Shown piece after piece: positions 1-9,901 of a stretch of 32,000 nucleotides of DNA. Within the stretch, counting starts at the first letter, position 1. Each line of letters starts with the position of its first letter. Position numbers and translations under genes: made by a program. The DNA is taken from contig JAQVTI010000006.1 of the NCBI GenBank assembly GCA_028700115.1, positions 15,505 through 47,504 of the forward strand, written 5' to 3'. Under the pieces are notes generated by a model. The model did no database searches, was not told the origin of the DNA, and saw nothing but the letters and a program-made list of their open reading frames with translations. Source of the stretch: Candidatus Iainarchaeum sp. Its GTDB lineage: Archaea > Iainarchaeota > Iainarchaeia > Iainarchaeales > CSSED10-239.

Positions 1-2646
1 AAAGATCTTGAAAGTGAACAAAAAATTTTACAGCAAGATTTAGAAAAAGAAATTGGTGTTATTAAAGATACTTTAGATAATGTAGGTCTATCTAATAAAA
101 ATAAAAATATTGAAGAAAAAATAGATATTAAGCCAAAGTTAAAATTTTTACAAGACCCAAATGATGATTCTATAGTATATATTGGTAGAAAAAAATCTGT
201 TTTAAAACAATATGGTAAAATGGCTACAGCTTTTATAGGTAAAGTTGCAGAAGAACAATGTAAGGATAAAAAAGTACATTTAGATGGTCTAAATCCACAT
301 GTTGTTTTTTTAGATGGGGCAAGAGGTACTGGTAAAAGTTATCTTTTAGGTGTTATTGCAGAACAACTTGCAAAAACAAATCCTTATATTGGGCAAATAG
401 TTATTGATCCTGTTGGGGTTTTTTGGTCTATGAAATTTCCAAATAGTGATTCTAAAGAATTACAAATTTTAAAAGAATGGAATCTTTCTCCAGAAGGGTT
501 AAATAATTTAAAAGTTTTTGTACCAGAAGGTGTGAAAGATCAAGTTTCTAAAGAGACTTTTGATGATACTTTTTCTATGTTTCCATCTTTATTAACTCCT
601 GAAGATTGGTGTATAACTTTTGGGATTGATAGATTTTCTCCTGGTGGACTTCTTTTAGAAAAAACCATTTCTTTTGTAAAAAAAGGTTATATTTCTGGTG
701 GTTCTAAAGAAAATCCAGATATTTTAAATATAAAAGCTAAAGGTAATCAATTTACATTAGATGATATTATTTTTTGTTTACAAAATAATTCTGATTTTTC
801 ATCATCTACAAAAGGATATAAACCAGATTCTATTAGAGCATTAGTATCAAGATTTGAAGCTGCAAAGTCATGGGGAATTTTTTCTGACCATGGAACTCCT
901 TTAAGTAAGCTTTCTAGAGAAAATCAGTTAACTGTTTTAGATACTTCTTTTTTAGATGAAAATATTACTGCATTAGTTATAGGTATTCTTGCAAGAAGAA
1001 TTCTTGCTGCAAGAAAACTTTTAGCAAGACAAGATGCTGTAAAAAAGTTTTCAACAAAAGATATTGATGCAGAACAAATGCTTGAAATTGAAATACCTCC
1101 TACATGGATGTATATTGATGAAGCTCATACATTAATTCCTTCTGGAAATACATTAACTCCTGCAACAGCAGGAATAATAGAATATGTAAAACAAGGTAGA
1201 AGACCTGGGTGTTCTTTAGTTTTTGCAACACAACAACCTTCTGCTATAAATACAAAAGTTTTATCTCAAGTTGATGTTTTAATAAGTAATAAACTTGTTT
1301 TTAATGATGATATTCATGCAATTCAAAAAAGAATGCCTGCTATAATACCTAAACAATATAAAGAACCAAATTTTATAAAAACACTTCCCTTTGCTACAGC
1401 TCTTTGTGGGGAAAGATCTGAAGAAACTTCTAGAGCTTTTATTTTGAGAGCTGGTCCTCGTTCAAGTCAACATGAAGGTAGAGATGCAGAAACTATCAGA
1501 GATATTCCAAAAAAATCTAATAATGAAATTTTAGATATTTGTGTTAGTATGATTTATAATAAATTAGAAAAGTCTAAAGAGTTAAAAATTAATTTTGTGA
1601 AAGATATAGTAGATGTTGTAAATGTAAAATATAAATCAAATATTTTATGGGATGATGTTTTAGATAAATTAATTTTTAAAAATGTTTTTGTAGATTCTGA
1701 ATATATTTATTTAAAGAAAGATGTTTCTGATAAAGAGCACGAATTAATTAAAAAAGATATTAGAATTTTAGAAGATGATTTTGAAGAAGATTCTATTTTA
1801 AATAATTCAAAATATTCTTCTGAAGATATAGATGATTTAGATATTTCAAATAATGATAATTTATCTATAGATAAAGAAGTAGATGGGAATGTTCTTTTAA
1901 AACAAAATTTATCTTCAAGAGTTAAGTTTCAAAATATAATTTCTTCAAGAATTTCAAGATATAAAATTGAAGATATTGTAAAATCTAAAATTAAAAAAAA
2001 TATTTTATTTAAACCTAAGGAAATAATTTTAGATATTGTTTTAAAATATAGACCTATATATAAAATAAATTATAATCTTTTTGACCAAGAAAATAATTTT
2101 AAAGCTGCACATTGTTATATTGATTCAGTTACAGGAGAATTTATTCATTTTATTAATTCTAAATTAAAAGAATCTAAAGGTTTTAGTTTATTGGAAAAAT
2201 TAGAATCTGATGATTTAGATATTTTATATTTATTGCAAAAACAACAAACTCTTTTTTCTTTATCTCAAGAGCTTGGTTTAGATCAAGATTATATTTCTAA
2301 AAAATATATTTCTAAATTTGAGAATCTTTCAATAATTGATATTTCTAAAAATAATAATATTTCTATTTTTAAACTTTCTAAAGATTTTGATGTTCCATTT
2401 AATCCAACTCATAAAATTTTATATTCTTTAGATGATTTATCTTTAAGAAAAGAAATTGTAGAATTTTTTGAAACAATTGTTTATCCAATAGATATAGTTA
2501 AAGATAATTTAAATAAACTTTGGGGGAATTTAGAAATTATTTCTATTGAAGAAATTTTCTGGCCTATTTGGTATTCTTCTTTAATTAATAATAAAGATGT
2601 TAAACGTGAATTATTAATTGATGCTATTGTTGGAAAGGAATTATGA
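1..2646 (+). CDS. HerA/DUF87-like P-loop ATPase; 5' end lies outside the window (frame open from base 1)
   Basis: Frame 1 is open upstream of the listed ATG at 220 (KDLESEQKILQQDLEKEIGVIKDTL...). Walker A DGARGTGKSYLLG, Walker B WMYIDEAHTLIP, then GRRPGCSLVFATQQPSAINTKVLSQVD typical of HerA-like ATPases. Confidence 0.85.
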   Translation, partial: KDLESEQKILQQDLEKEIGVIKDTLDNVGLSNKNKNIEEKIDIKPKLKFLQDPNDDSIVYIGRKKSVLKQYGKMATAFIGKVAEEQCKDKKVHLDGLNPHVVFLDGARGTGKSYLLGVIAEQLAKTNPYIGQIVIDPVGVFWSMKFPNSDSKELQILKEWNLSPEGLNNLKVFVPEGVKDQVSKETFDDTFSMFPSLLTPEDWCITFGIDRFSPGGLLLEKTISFVKKGYISGGSKENPDILNIKAKGNQFTLDDIIFCLQNNSDFSSSTKGYKPDSIRALVSRFEAAKSWGIFSDHGTPLSKLSRENQLTVLDTSFLDENITALVIGILARRILAARKLLARQDAVKKFSTKDIDAEQMLEIEIPPTWMYIDEAHTLIPSGNTLTPATAGIIEYVKQGRRPGCSLVFATQQPSAINTKVLSQVDVLISNKLVFNDDIHAIQKRMPAIIPKQYKEPNFIKTLPFATALCGERSEETSRAFILRAGPRSSQHEGRDAETIRDIPKKSNNEILDICVSMIYNKLEKSKELKINFVKDIVDVVNVKYKSNILWDDVLDKLIFKNVFVDSEYIYLKKDVSDKEHELIKKDIRILEDDFEEDSILNNSKYSSEDIDDLDISNNDNLSIDKEVDGNVLLKQNLSSRVKFQNIISSRISRYKIEDIVKSKIKKNILFKPKEIILDIVLKYRPIYKINYNLFDQENNFKAAHCYIDSVTGEFIHFINSKLKESKGFSLLEKLESDDLDILYLLQKQQTLFSLSQELGLDQDYISKKYISKFENLSIIDISKNNNISIFKLSKDFDVPFNPTHKILYSLDDLSLRKEIVEFFETIVYPIDIVKDNLNKLWGNLEIISIEEIFWPIWYSSLINNKDVKRELLIDAIVGKEL

Positions 2647-2942
2647 TTTTTATGTTAGATGAAAAAGATTTTATAAAAGATAGTTGTCTTGCAACTCCTG
2701 GCTTTGAATTTTATCCTAAAAAAAAGTTAAAAATAGATTTAGATAATCTTTCAAAAGTATTTAAAGAGCATGGATATTATATTTCAAAAAATAATTCTCC
2801 ATTTTATATTCATGTGAAAACAGACATTTGTGAAGTTACTATTTTTTCTTCATTAAAGATAATTATTAAAGATTTAATTGATGAAAATAAAGCTATATTA
2901 TCTTTTAAAAAAATTTTAAATTTAATTAATAAAGTTTTTTAA
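2643..2942 (+). CDS. Small hypothetical protein translationally coupled to the HerA-like gene
   Basis: ATGA overlap with the upstream stop; alternative ATG at 2652; 3' end overlaps the convergent gene by 17 nt. Confidence 0.6.
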   Translation: MIFMLDEKDFIKDSCLATPGFEFYPKKKLKIDLDNLSKVFKEHGYYISKNNSPFYIHVKTDICEVTIFSSLKIIIKDLIDENKAILSFKKILNLINKVF

Positions 2943-3936
2943 TTTTCATTATAATTTCGTTTATTCTTTTAATGGTTTTTTTATCATTTTTATATTCTTT
3001 TAAATATTTTTTTTGTCTATTTTTAATTTCATTAATTGATGCTTTTTTTATTTTATTTTCATTAATTATTGCTTTTTTTATTTCATTTATCCCCATTTCT
3101 GTAGGACTAAAGTATTTATTCATTTTATTTTTTTTAGATGTAATTTTTGATATTATTTTTTGAAGTATTTTAAAATTTTCTATATCTCTATTATAATTAA
3201 CAACTTTCTTTTTATGTTTTTTAAGATAATAAGGATCTATTTGATTTTTATCTCCTATATCTGCTGTTGCAGCTTCGTAAGCTATATTTATAGGATGATT
3301 AATATCTAAATTCCATATAGGAAATGTTTCTAATTTTAAAAAGCCAGAATTTATTTTTTGTTTTGAATCATGGTATATTTGTGAAAGGCAAGTACTCATT
3401 TTTCCAGAGTTTGCAACTGCACTTGTAACAATAATTATTTTTTTAGATGTTTTTATATATTCATTTTTTAAATAACCATTTTTTCCAAGAATAATTTTTA
3501 TATTATTTGGGTATTCTTTAATTTTTCTAGAAATATATACTTTATAATTTTTATTTTCTAATTTTTTTTTAAAATCTAAAGCATATTTTTCATCTTCACA
3601 TCTTGTAATCATGACTCCTGCTATTTTAAATCTTTTTTTTAAATATTCTAATTCTTTTAATATTATTTTTGGATATTCTTTTTTAGAATTATAATCTTTT
3701 TTTATAGGATTTAGATGTTTTGAATAAATACAATAAATTATTTCAATTTCTTTTTTTATATTTTCTAAAATTCTAATTTTATTGTCTTCTTTATAATCTA
3801 TTAAAACTCTTTTTGCATGATAATCTTTAATTACATGCCCACCTATTTCTATATATATTTTATTAAATTTTTTTGCTCTTTTTTTTATTTCTTTTTTTGT
3901 AAGTTCTAAATATTTATTATTATCAAATGCTTTCAT
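2926..3936 (-). CDS. DUF1846-family protein, apparently lacking the C-terminal domain
   Basis: FDNNKYLELTKKEIKKR, YHAKRVL, SGKMSTCLSQIYHD, LETFPIWNLDINHPINIAYEAATADIGDKNQIDPYYL, VNYNRDIE, SPTEMGINEIK match recalled DUF1846 motifs. Confidence 0.82.
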   Translation of the reverse strand: MKAFDNNKYLELTKKEIKKRAKKFNKIYIEIGGHVIKDYHAKRVLIDYKEDNKIRILENIKKEIEIIYCIYSKHLNPIKKDYNSKKEYPKIILKELEYLKKRFKIAGVMITRCEDEKYALDFKKKLENKNYKVYISRKIKEYPNNIKIILGKNGYLKNEYIKTSKKIIIVTSAVANSGKMSTCLSQIYHDSKQKINSGFLKLETFPIWNLDINHPINIAYEAATADIGDKNQIDPYYLKKHKKKVVNYNRDIENFKILQKIISKITSKKNKMNKYFSPTEMGINEIKKAIINENKIKKASINEIKNRQKKYLKEYKNDKKTIKRINEIIMKIKKLY

Positions 3937-4058
3937 TTTTTCCCTTCTTTTTAAATATTTTTAAAGTTTGTGATATTATTCTTATTTATAAAAGGTTTTA
4001 TAAATAAATATATTTAAATATATTAACTATCTATAATTATATAGTTAATGGTGTTTTT

Positions 4059-4991
4059 ATGTTTTTAAAAAAATTTTTGTTTTTTATAATTTGTTTTTTA
4101 TTTTTATTATCTTCTTTATATTCTTCTGATTTTAATTTAAATTTAAACAGCACTCCTGATTTTAAAGATAATTCTTTAGATATTTTTTATATTCCAAAAT
4201 CTGGTTTTTTTCAAATATTTTTTGATATATCTTCTGATTTAATTCCTAAAGATTATTTTAGTCCAAATAAAGTTGTTTATTCTTATAAAGTTTTTGATTT
4301 AAAAAATAATAATTCTTATAAAAATCAAATAGATTTATCAATATCTAAAAATTTTGAATTTTTATATTCTGAATCTATTTCTTCTTTTTCATTAAATTTA
4401 TTATCTAAAGGTTTTAATGACCAAGATTTGTTAATTGAAGTAATTTCTGAAATTTATGATAGTTCAAATAATCTTTTAGAAAAAGATAATAGTTATATTA
4501 AATTAATATCAAATAATTCTGATATATATTATCCAGATACTATTAAAAAAAATGAACCTTTATATAGAGGGCATAATATATCTACTGATAAAATTATTTT
4601 ATATAAAAATACAAATAATGATTTTTTTATAAAACTTTTTGTAGAAAATAATTTTTCTTATGATGTTTCTTGTAAAATTAATAATGATATTTATGATAAT
4701 GATTTTTATATAACTAAAGATTATAATAAAGAACTTTTTAAATTTAATATTTCTTTAAAAAATAAGAATTTAGATTCTGGTAAGTTTTTAATCTTATGTA
4801 ATGCTTTTAATAAAAATAATTTTTATAAATTAAAAGATATTGAGTTAATATATATTAATGCAAATATTTTTACAGATAATAATTTTTCTGATATAAATTA
4901 TTCTATAGAAAATGAAGATATTTCTGTTTCTTCTAAAAAATATCATCTTTTTAAAGAATTTTTTAATAATATTTTTAATAGTTTTAAATAA
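4059..4991 (+). CDS. Secreted or membrane-anchored hypothetical protein
   Basis: N-terminal MFLKKFLFFIICFLFLLSSLYSS signal-like segment followed by a long Asn/Ser/Phe-rich ectodomain. Confidence 0.6.
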   Translation: MFLKKFLFFIICFLFLLSSLYSSDFNLNLNSTPDFKDNSLDIFYIPKSGFFQIFFDISSDLIPKDYFSPNKVVYSYKVFDLKNNNSYKNQIDLSISKNFEFLYSESISSFSLNLLSKGFNDQDLLIEVISEIYDSSNNLLEKDNSYIKLISNNSDIYYPDTIKKNEPLYRGHNISTDKIILYKNTNNDFFIKLFVENNFSYDVSCKINNDIYDNDFYITKDYNKELFKFNISLKNKNLDSGKFLILCNAFNKNNFYKLKDIELIYINANIFTDNNFSDINYSIENEDISVSSKKYHLFKEFFNNIFNSFK

Positions 4992-5023
4992 TTTTTTATA
5001 ATTTTAATTTTATAATTTTAATT

Positions 5024-5449
5024 TTATAATTTATCTGCAATAATGTGTGATATAAATCCAATTAATGCAAATATAAATAAATATTTTTCTAATAATAAGA
5101 AAGGTAAAGCAACAATAATCCCAAATGCTATTGAATGCATCGGTCCTCTGTGTTTAGATATTATAAATATTGTTTCAATCCCTATAAGTATTGCTATATA
5201 TTTTAATACTTCTATTGTTTGTGTGAAATATAATATTATTAAGATAATTATTAAAATAAATATTATATAATCTATTTTTTTTCTAATATATGTATTTTTT
5301 TTATCTAAATCTGGAACAAGTGCATAAAATATAGTTATTATAAAACAATAAATTATATTTATTCCTTTAATATTATAAAAATCATTTATAATTATATATG
5401 TTATTAAAAAAAATATTATTGAAAAAAATATATGTCCAAATTTATTCAT
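5024..5449 (-). CDS. DUF457/YdjM-like membrane-bound metal-dependent hydrolase
   Basis: Multi-TM protein with MNKFGHIFF, DLDKK, KHRGPMHSIAFG and GFISHIIADKL (His/Asp motifs of DUF457). Confidence 0.75.
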   Translation of the reverse strand: MNKFGHIFFSIIFFLITYIIINDFYNIKGINIIYCFIITIFYALVPDLDKKNTYIRKKIDYIIFILIIILIILYFTQTIEVLKYIAILIGIETIFIISKHRGPMHSIAFGIIVALPFLLLEKYLFIFALIGFISHIIADKL

Positions 5450-5501
5450 ATAAATATCTATTTAGATAAATAATTATAAACTATTTGTTCTATATTTTTA
5501 T

Positions 5502-6299
5502 ATGGATTTATTAAATTATATATTTCTAGGATTAATTCAAGGAATATTTGAATGGCTTCCAATAAGTTCTCAAGGAAGTTTAGTTATTTTTCTAAATTAT
5601 TTTTTAAATATACCTATTGATATTTCTTTAAATTATTCTGTTTTTTTACATCTTGGTACTACTTTTTCTGCAATAATTTATTTTAGAAAAGAAATTAAAG
5701 ATCTTTTTTTACAAAAAAATATTTTTGGTTTTTTAAAAAATCCATTTTCTACAGAAAAGAATATTTCTTTTTTTAGATTTTTATTTATTTCTACATTTAT
5801 TAGTATTATTTTAGGTGGTTTAATTTATTTATTTTTTAGTAATTATGTTATTTCTTTTTTATATATTAATTTTATTATTGGTTTATTATTAATTTTTACA
5901 GGAATAATGTTATATTTCTCTAAAAAAAGTTTTTTAAAAAAAGAAAATTTGTCTATAAGGAATTCTTTTTTTTTAGGTTTATTTCAAGCAATGTCTACTC
6001 TTCCAGGGATAAGTAGAAGTGGGATGACTACTTCTGTTTTACTTTTTGAAGGTTTTTCTGCTGAAAAGGCTTTTAGTATTAGTTTTTTACTTTCTATTCC
6101 TTTTGTATTAATTGGTGAAATTGGTTTAATTATTTTAAATGGTGTTACTTTTAATTATTTTATATTAATTTCTATATTTATAGCTTTTATTGTTGGGTAT
6201 TTTACAATTGGTTTACTCTTAAAGTTTGCAAAAAAAGTGGATTTTTCATTATTTTGTTTTATATTAGGTATTTTTTACATTTTTTTATTTTTTATTTAA
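5502..6299 (+). CDS. uppP: Undecaprenyl-diphosphatase (UppP/BacA-like)
   Basis: GLIQGIFEWLPISSQG and FQAMSTLPGISRSGMTTS motifs in a multi-TM protein. Confidence 0.9.
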   Translation: MDLLNYIFLGLIQGIFEWLPISSQGSLVIFLNYFLNIPIDISLNYSVFLHLGTTFSAIIYFRKEIKDLFLQKNIFGFLKNPFSTEKNISFFRFLFISTFISIILGGLIYLFFSNYVISFLYINFIIGLLLIFTGIMLYFSKKSFLKKENLSIRNSFFLGLFQAMSTLPGISRSGMTTSVLLFEGFSAEKAFSISFLLSIPFVLIGEIGLIILNGVTFNYFILISIFIAFIVGYFTIGLLLKFAKKVDFSLFCFILGIFYIFLFFI

Positions 6300-6602
6300 T
6301 TTTTTATTTTTTTAATTTTAATTTTTTTATTAATTTTAATTATTTTAATTTTTTTAGTTTATATTGTTTTAGTATAGTTTGTCTATTTTTTTAATAAATA
6401 TAGATTTAATATATATAAATTATTTAAAATATATTTTTTATATAATTTTATTAGTCTTTAAATAATTGGAATTTTTTAATTATTTATTTTATATAACATT
6501 TTGGTTTATTTTAATAATTTTTTTTATAAATCACTATATATATCTATTTATAAATATTTACTTCTTTTAATAATTTAAGTATATTAAAATATGTGATTAT
6601 AT

Positions 6603-6923
6603 ATGTCAGAAGAAATAATTAATTTAGAAGATTCAAATTTTGAATCTGTTTTAAAAGAAAAAGAAATTGCAATTGTAGATTTTTGGGCAGAATGGTGTGG
6701 TCCTTGTAAAATGTTTTCAAATATTTTTGAAGATTTTGCATCTAAAAATAAAGATGTTTTTTGTGCAAAGGTAAATGTAGATTTAGCAAAGAATATTTCT
6801 CAAAAATATAATATTATGTCAATTCCTACAATTATGATTTTTAAAAAAGGTATTTTAGTAAAACAACAAATAGGTATTTTACCAGTTGATTTATTGGAGA
6901 AATTAATATTAGAAGTTAAATAA
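6603..6923 (+). CDS. trxA: Thioredoxin
   Basis: VDFWAEWCGPCKMFSNIFEDFA, VNVDLAKNISQKYNIMSIPTIMIFKKG. Confidence 0.93.
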   Translation: MSEEIINLEDSNFESVLKEKEIAIVDFWAEWCGPCKMFSNIFEDFASKNKDVFCAKVNVDLAKNISQKYNIMSIPTIMIFKKGILVKQQIGILPVDLLEKLILEVK

Positions 6924-6950
6924 TTTTTATAATATTAAAAAGGTGTTTTT

Positions 6951-8462
6951 ATGACTTATTCATTTTTATTAAATGCAAAAATAATAGATATTTCTGCTGA
7001 TTATCCTATAGTTATTTTAAATCCTAATGTTGCAAAAAAGTTAAATGCAAATCATTTAGATAGAATGCAGTTAGAAATAAATAATAAAATAACAGTTTGT
7101 GTGTTAGATACATCTCATTCATATGTAGATGAAAATAGTGTTGGACTTTTTAAAGATACTGCTTTTGATTTAAATATTAGTAATAATGATAAAATTAAAA
7201 TAAGTGTTTTACCTCATCCAAAATCTGTGGATTATATTATTTCTAAAATTAATAATAAAACTTTAAATGCAGAACAATTAAGAGAAATTGTAAAAGATAT
7301 TAATTCTAATAGTATTTCTGAAGTTGAACTTTCAGCTTTTATAACTTCTATTTTTATTAATGGTTTTAATATTGATGAAACTACTGATTTTTGTAAAGAA
7401 TTAATTGAAATTGGGGATAAAATTGAATTTAATGAAAAAATTATTTTAGATAAGCATTCTATTGGTGGAATTAATGGTAGAGTATCTATGATTATTACTC
7501 CTATTATTTCTTCTTTAGGATATAAAATCCCAAAAACAGCCTCTCGTTCAATAACATCTGCAGCAGGAACTGCTGATGCTATGGAAGTTTTAGCTCCAGT
7601 TTCTTTTACAATTGATGAAATTAAAGAAATTATAAATAAAGTTGGTGGTGTTATATCATGGGAGGGAAAATTTGATCTTTGTCCTGTTGATAATACTATT
7701 ATAAATATAGAGCATGCTTTAAATATAAATCCTGAAGGAATAATGATTGGTTCTATTCTTTCTAAAAAGAAAAGTATTGGTTCAACTCATCTTATAATTG
7801 ATATTCCTGTAGGCCCAGAAGTAAAAATTAAAGATAAAGAGAACGGAGAAAGATTAGCTAAAAAATTTATTGCTATTAGTAAATCTTTAGGTATAAAAAC
7901 AAAAGTTTTACTTACAGATGGTTTATCTCCATGCGGATATTCTTTTGGACCTGCATTAGAAGCTAAATCTGTTTTAGAAATTTTAGAAAATAAATATTTT
8001 GATAATTTAGCAAGTAAATCATGTGCAATTGCTGGAGAGCTTTTAGAACTTGTTGGTCATGTAAAAGAAGGTCAAGGATATAATTTTGCAAAAGAAATTA
8101 TAACTTCTGGAAAAGCTTTAGAAAAGTTTAAAGAAATTATAAAAGTTCAGGGAGGTAATATTTTTTCTTCTAAAGATGTTCCTAAAGCAAGTTTTATTAG
8201 AAATATTTTGTCTCCAGAAAATGGTACTATAATTTCATATAGTATAAAAATTTTTACTAAAATATCTTCTTTTTTAGGAGCTCCAATAGATAAATGTGCA
8301 GGTGTTTTAATAAAAAAAGAAATTGGTTCAAATGTAAAAAAAGGAGAAGTTCTTTTTGAAATTCATTCTGATAGTGAACAAAAATTAAAATTTACTGAAA
8401 ATTATATTCTAGATAATTTTCCTGTAAGTTTTGAAAAAGTTATTTTAGATGAATTTTCTTAA
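6951..8462 (+). CDS. AMP phosphorylase (archaeal thymidine phosphorylase family)
   Basis: DKHSIGGINGRVSMIITPIISSLGYKIPKTASRSITSAAGTADAMEVLAPV; 503 aa with N-terminal extension typical of archaeal AMP phosphorylase. Confidence 0.85.
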   Translation: MTYSFLLNAKIIDISADYPIVILNPNVAKKLNANHLDRMQLEINNKITVCVLDTSHSYVDENSVGLFKDTAFDLNISNNDKIKISVLPHPKSVDYIISKINNKTLNAEQLREIVKDINSNSISEVELSAFITSIFINGFNIDETTDFCKELIEIGDKIEFNEKIILDKHSIGGINGRVSMIITPIISSLGYKIPKTASRSITSAAGTADAMEVLAPVSFTIDEIKEIINKVGGVISWEGKFDLCPVDNTIINIEHALNINPEGIMIGSILSKKKSIGSTHLIIDIPVGPEVKIKDKENGERLAKKFIAISKSLGIKTKVLLTDGLSPCGYSFGPALEAKSVLEILENKYFDNLASKSCAIAGELLELVGHVKEGQGYNFAKEIITSGKALEKFKEIIKVQGGNIFSSKDVPKASFIRNILSPENGTIISYSIKIFTKISSFLGAPIDKCAGVLIKKEIGSNVKKGEVLFEIHSDSEQKLKFTENYILDNFPVSFEKVILDEFS

Positions 8463-8510
8463 ATTTAATTTTATTTTTATAAATTTATTTATCTATATTT
8501 TTTTATGAGT

Positions 8511-9302
8511 TTAAAATATTTTTTTATATATTTCTTTAAATTGATTTACATTTATTTGTTTTATTTTTAATTTTTTTGTTTTTAAATCTATTTTTTCAAT
8601 ATTTATTTTATTAAACATTTTTGGATTTATTTTTTTTGCAAGTTTTAATCCATTTAATAAGTCTTTATTTGAAAATCTAAATATTGTTTTAATAAATTCA
8701 ATATATTTTTCATCTTTTTTAATATTGTAAGGATTTATTTCAATTAATGTTGAATCAACTTTTGGTCTAGGATAAAAATTATTTTTTTTAATATTTGCAA
8801 TAAATTTTATATTTCCATAACTTTGTGCAAGAACTGTTGTTGCAACATAATTTTCAAAACCTTCAATTGCAATTAATTTATCTGCAAATTCTTTTTGTAC
8901 CATTAAAACTGTTTTTTTTGTAGAGTTTATTTTTTCTAAAATTTCTTGAGAAATAGAATATGGTATAAATCCAATTATTTTATCAAATTTTATTTTATTT
9001 AAATCAACATCTAAAAAATCTTTATTTATTATTTCTATATTTTTATTTTCAAATTCATTTTTTAAGATTTCAACTAATTTTTTATCCTTTTCAATAACTA
9101 TTACTTTTTTTGCAAGTTTTAATATTTCTTTTGTAAGATTTCCTGTTCCTGGTCCAATTTCTAAAATTGTTTCTTCTTTTAAAATTTCTAAGGCTTTAAT
9201 TGCTTTTTCTATCGGTTTTGTTGTAATTATAAAATTTTGATCAAATTTATAATCTGGTTTAAATCCATATTTTAACATTAAGTCATATATTTTTTTTTGC
9301 AT
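8511..9302 (-). CDS. rsmA: 16S rRNA dimethyladenosine transferase
   Basis: FIITTKPIEKAIKAL, ILEIGPGTGNLTKEI, GFIPYSIS, MVQKEFADKL; conserved neighbourhood with DUF655/rpoF/L21e. Confidence 0.92.
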   Translation of the reverse strand: MQKKIYDLMLKYGFKPDYKFDQNFIITTKPIEKAIKALEILKEETILEIGPGTGNLTKEILKLAKKVIVIEKDKKLVEILKNEFENKNIEIINKDFLDVDLNKIKFDKIIGFIPYSISQEILEKINSTKKTVLMVQKEFADKLIAIEGFENYVATTVLAQSYGNIKFIANIKKNNFYPRPKVDSTLIEINPYNIKKDEKYIEFIKTIFRFSNKDLLNGLKLAKKINPKMFNKINIEKIDLKTKKLKIKQINVNQFKEIYKKIF

Positions 9303-9367
9303 AATTTGTTCTCTTTTTATAATTTGTTTTTAAGAAATTAATTTAAAATAAATAAAGAAAAAGATTT

Positions 9368-9901
9368 TTATTTATTAGAAACAAAAGGTATTGTGAATAA
9401 ATTATATTTTATATCTGGCCCACCTTCAATTTCATCAATTATTCTATTTACAATTACTTTTACTGGGTCTGGTAGCATTTCAATATCATTTATTTCTTTA
9501 AATGATTTAAACTTTCCTTTTTCTTTAATATGCTGTATTATTGCCATTCTATGTTTTTTTCCAATCATTGGAAGTAAATCTAATTGATGTCTTCTAAGTC
9601 CTATTGGTTTTGCAATATTAAAAAAATTTACAAATTTAGATTCATTTTTTATAACAATTGTTTCAATTGCTTTTTCTAATTCCCTTTTTGCATTTATAGT
9701 CATTTTAGAATAATTTATTCTTCTTACAATTTGATTTTCTGTGTTTATAATTTCTTGAGGTTTTACATCTTTATCGCTAATTATTTCTAAAATTGAAAAA
9801 TTAGATAGACCTATACATTGTATTACTGATGTATGTTTAAATTTTATTTCTTTTTTCAATTTATCTAAAACAATTGCTTCTTTAATCATATATAACCTCA
9901 T
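9368..9901 (-). CDS. DUF655 family putative RNA-binding protein
   Basis: LGLRRHQLDLLPMIGKKHRMAIIQ-type HhH segment (here IGLRRHQLDLLPMIGKKH) between ksgA and rpoF. True start may be ATG at 9889 downstream of GAGGT. Confidence 0.85.
   Translation of the reverse strand: MRLYMIKEAIVLDKLKKEIKFKHTSVIQCIGLSNFSILEIISDKDVKPQEIINTENQIVRRINYSKMTINAKRELEKAIETIVIKNESKFVNFFNIAKPIGLRRHQLDLLPMIGKKHRMAIIQHIKEKGKFKSFKEINDIEMLPDPVKVIVNRIIDEIEGGPDIKYNLFTIPFVSNK

Noticed and set aside
2972-3163. Plus-strand ORF of 63 aa
   Set aside because: Antisense inside the DUF1846-like gene; Phe/Leu/Ile-rich product typical of reverse reading of Lys-rich AT-rich sequence.
5043-5270. Plus-strand ORF of 75 aa
   Set aside because: Fully antisense to the DUF457 membrane protein; low-complexity Ile/Asn product.
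6300-6602. Long AT-rich spacer before thioredoxin as a possible replication origin or ncRNA
   Set aside because: No ORB-like repeats, no orc1/cdc6 nearby and no strong inverted repeats; consistent with ordinary AT-rich spacer in this genome.
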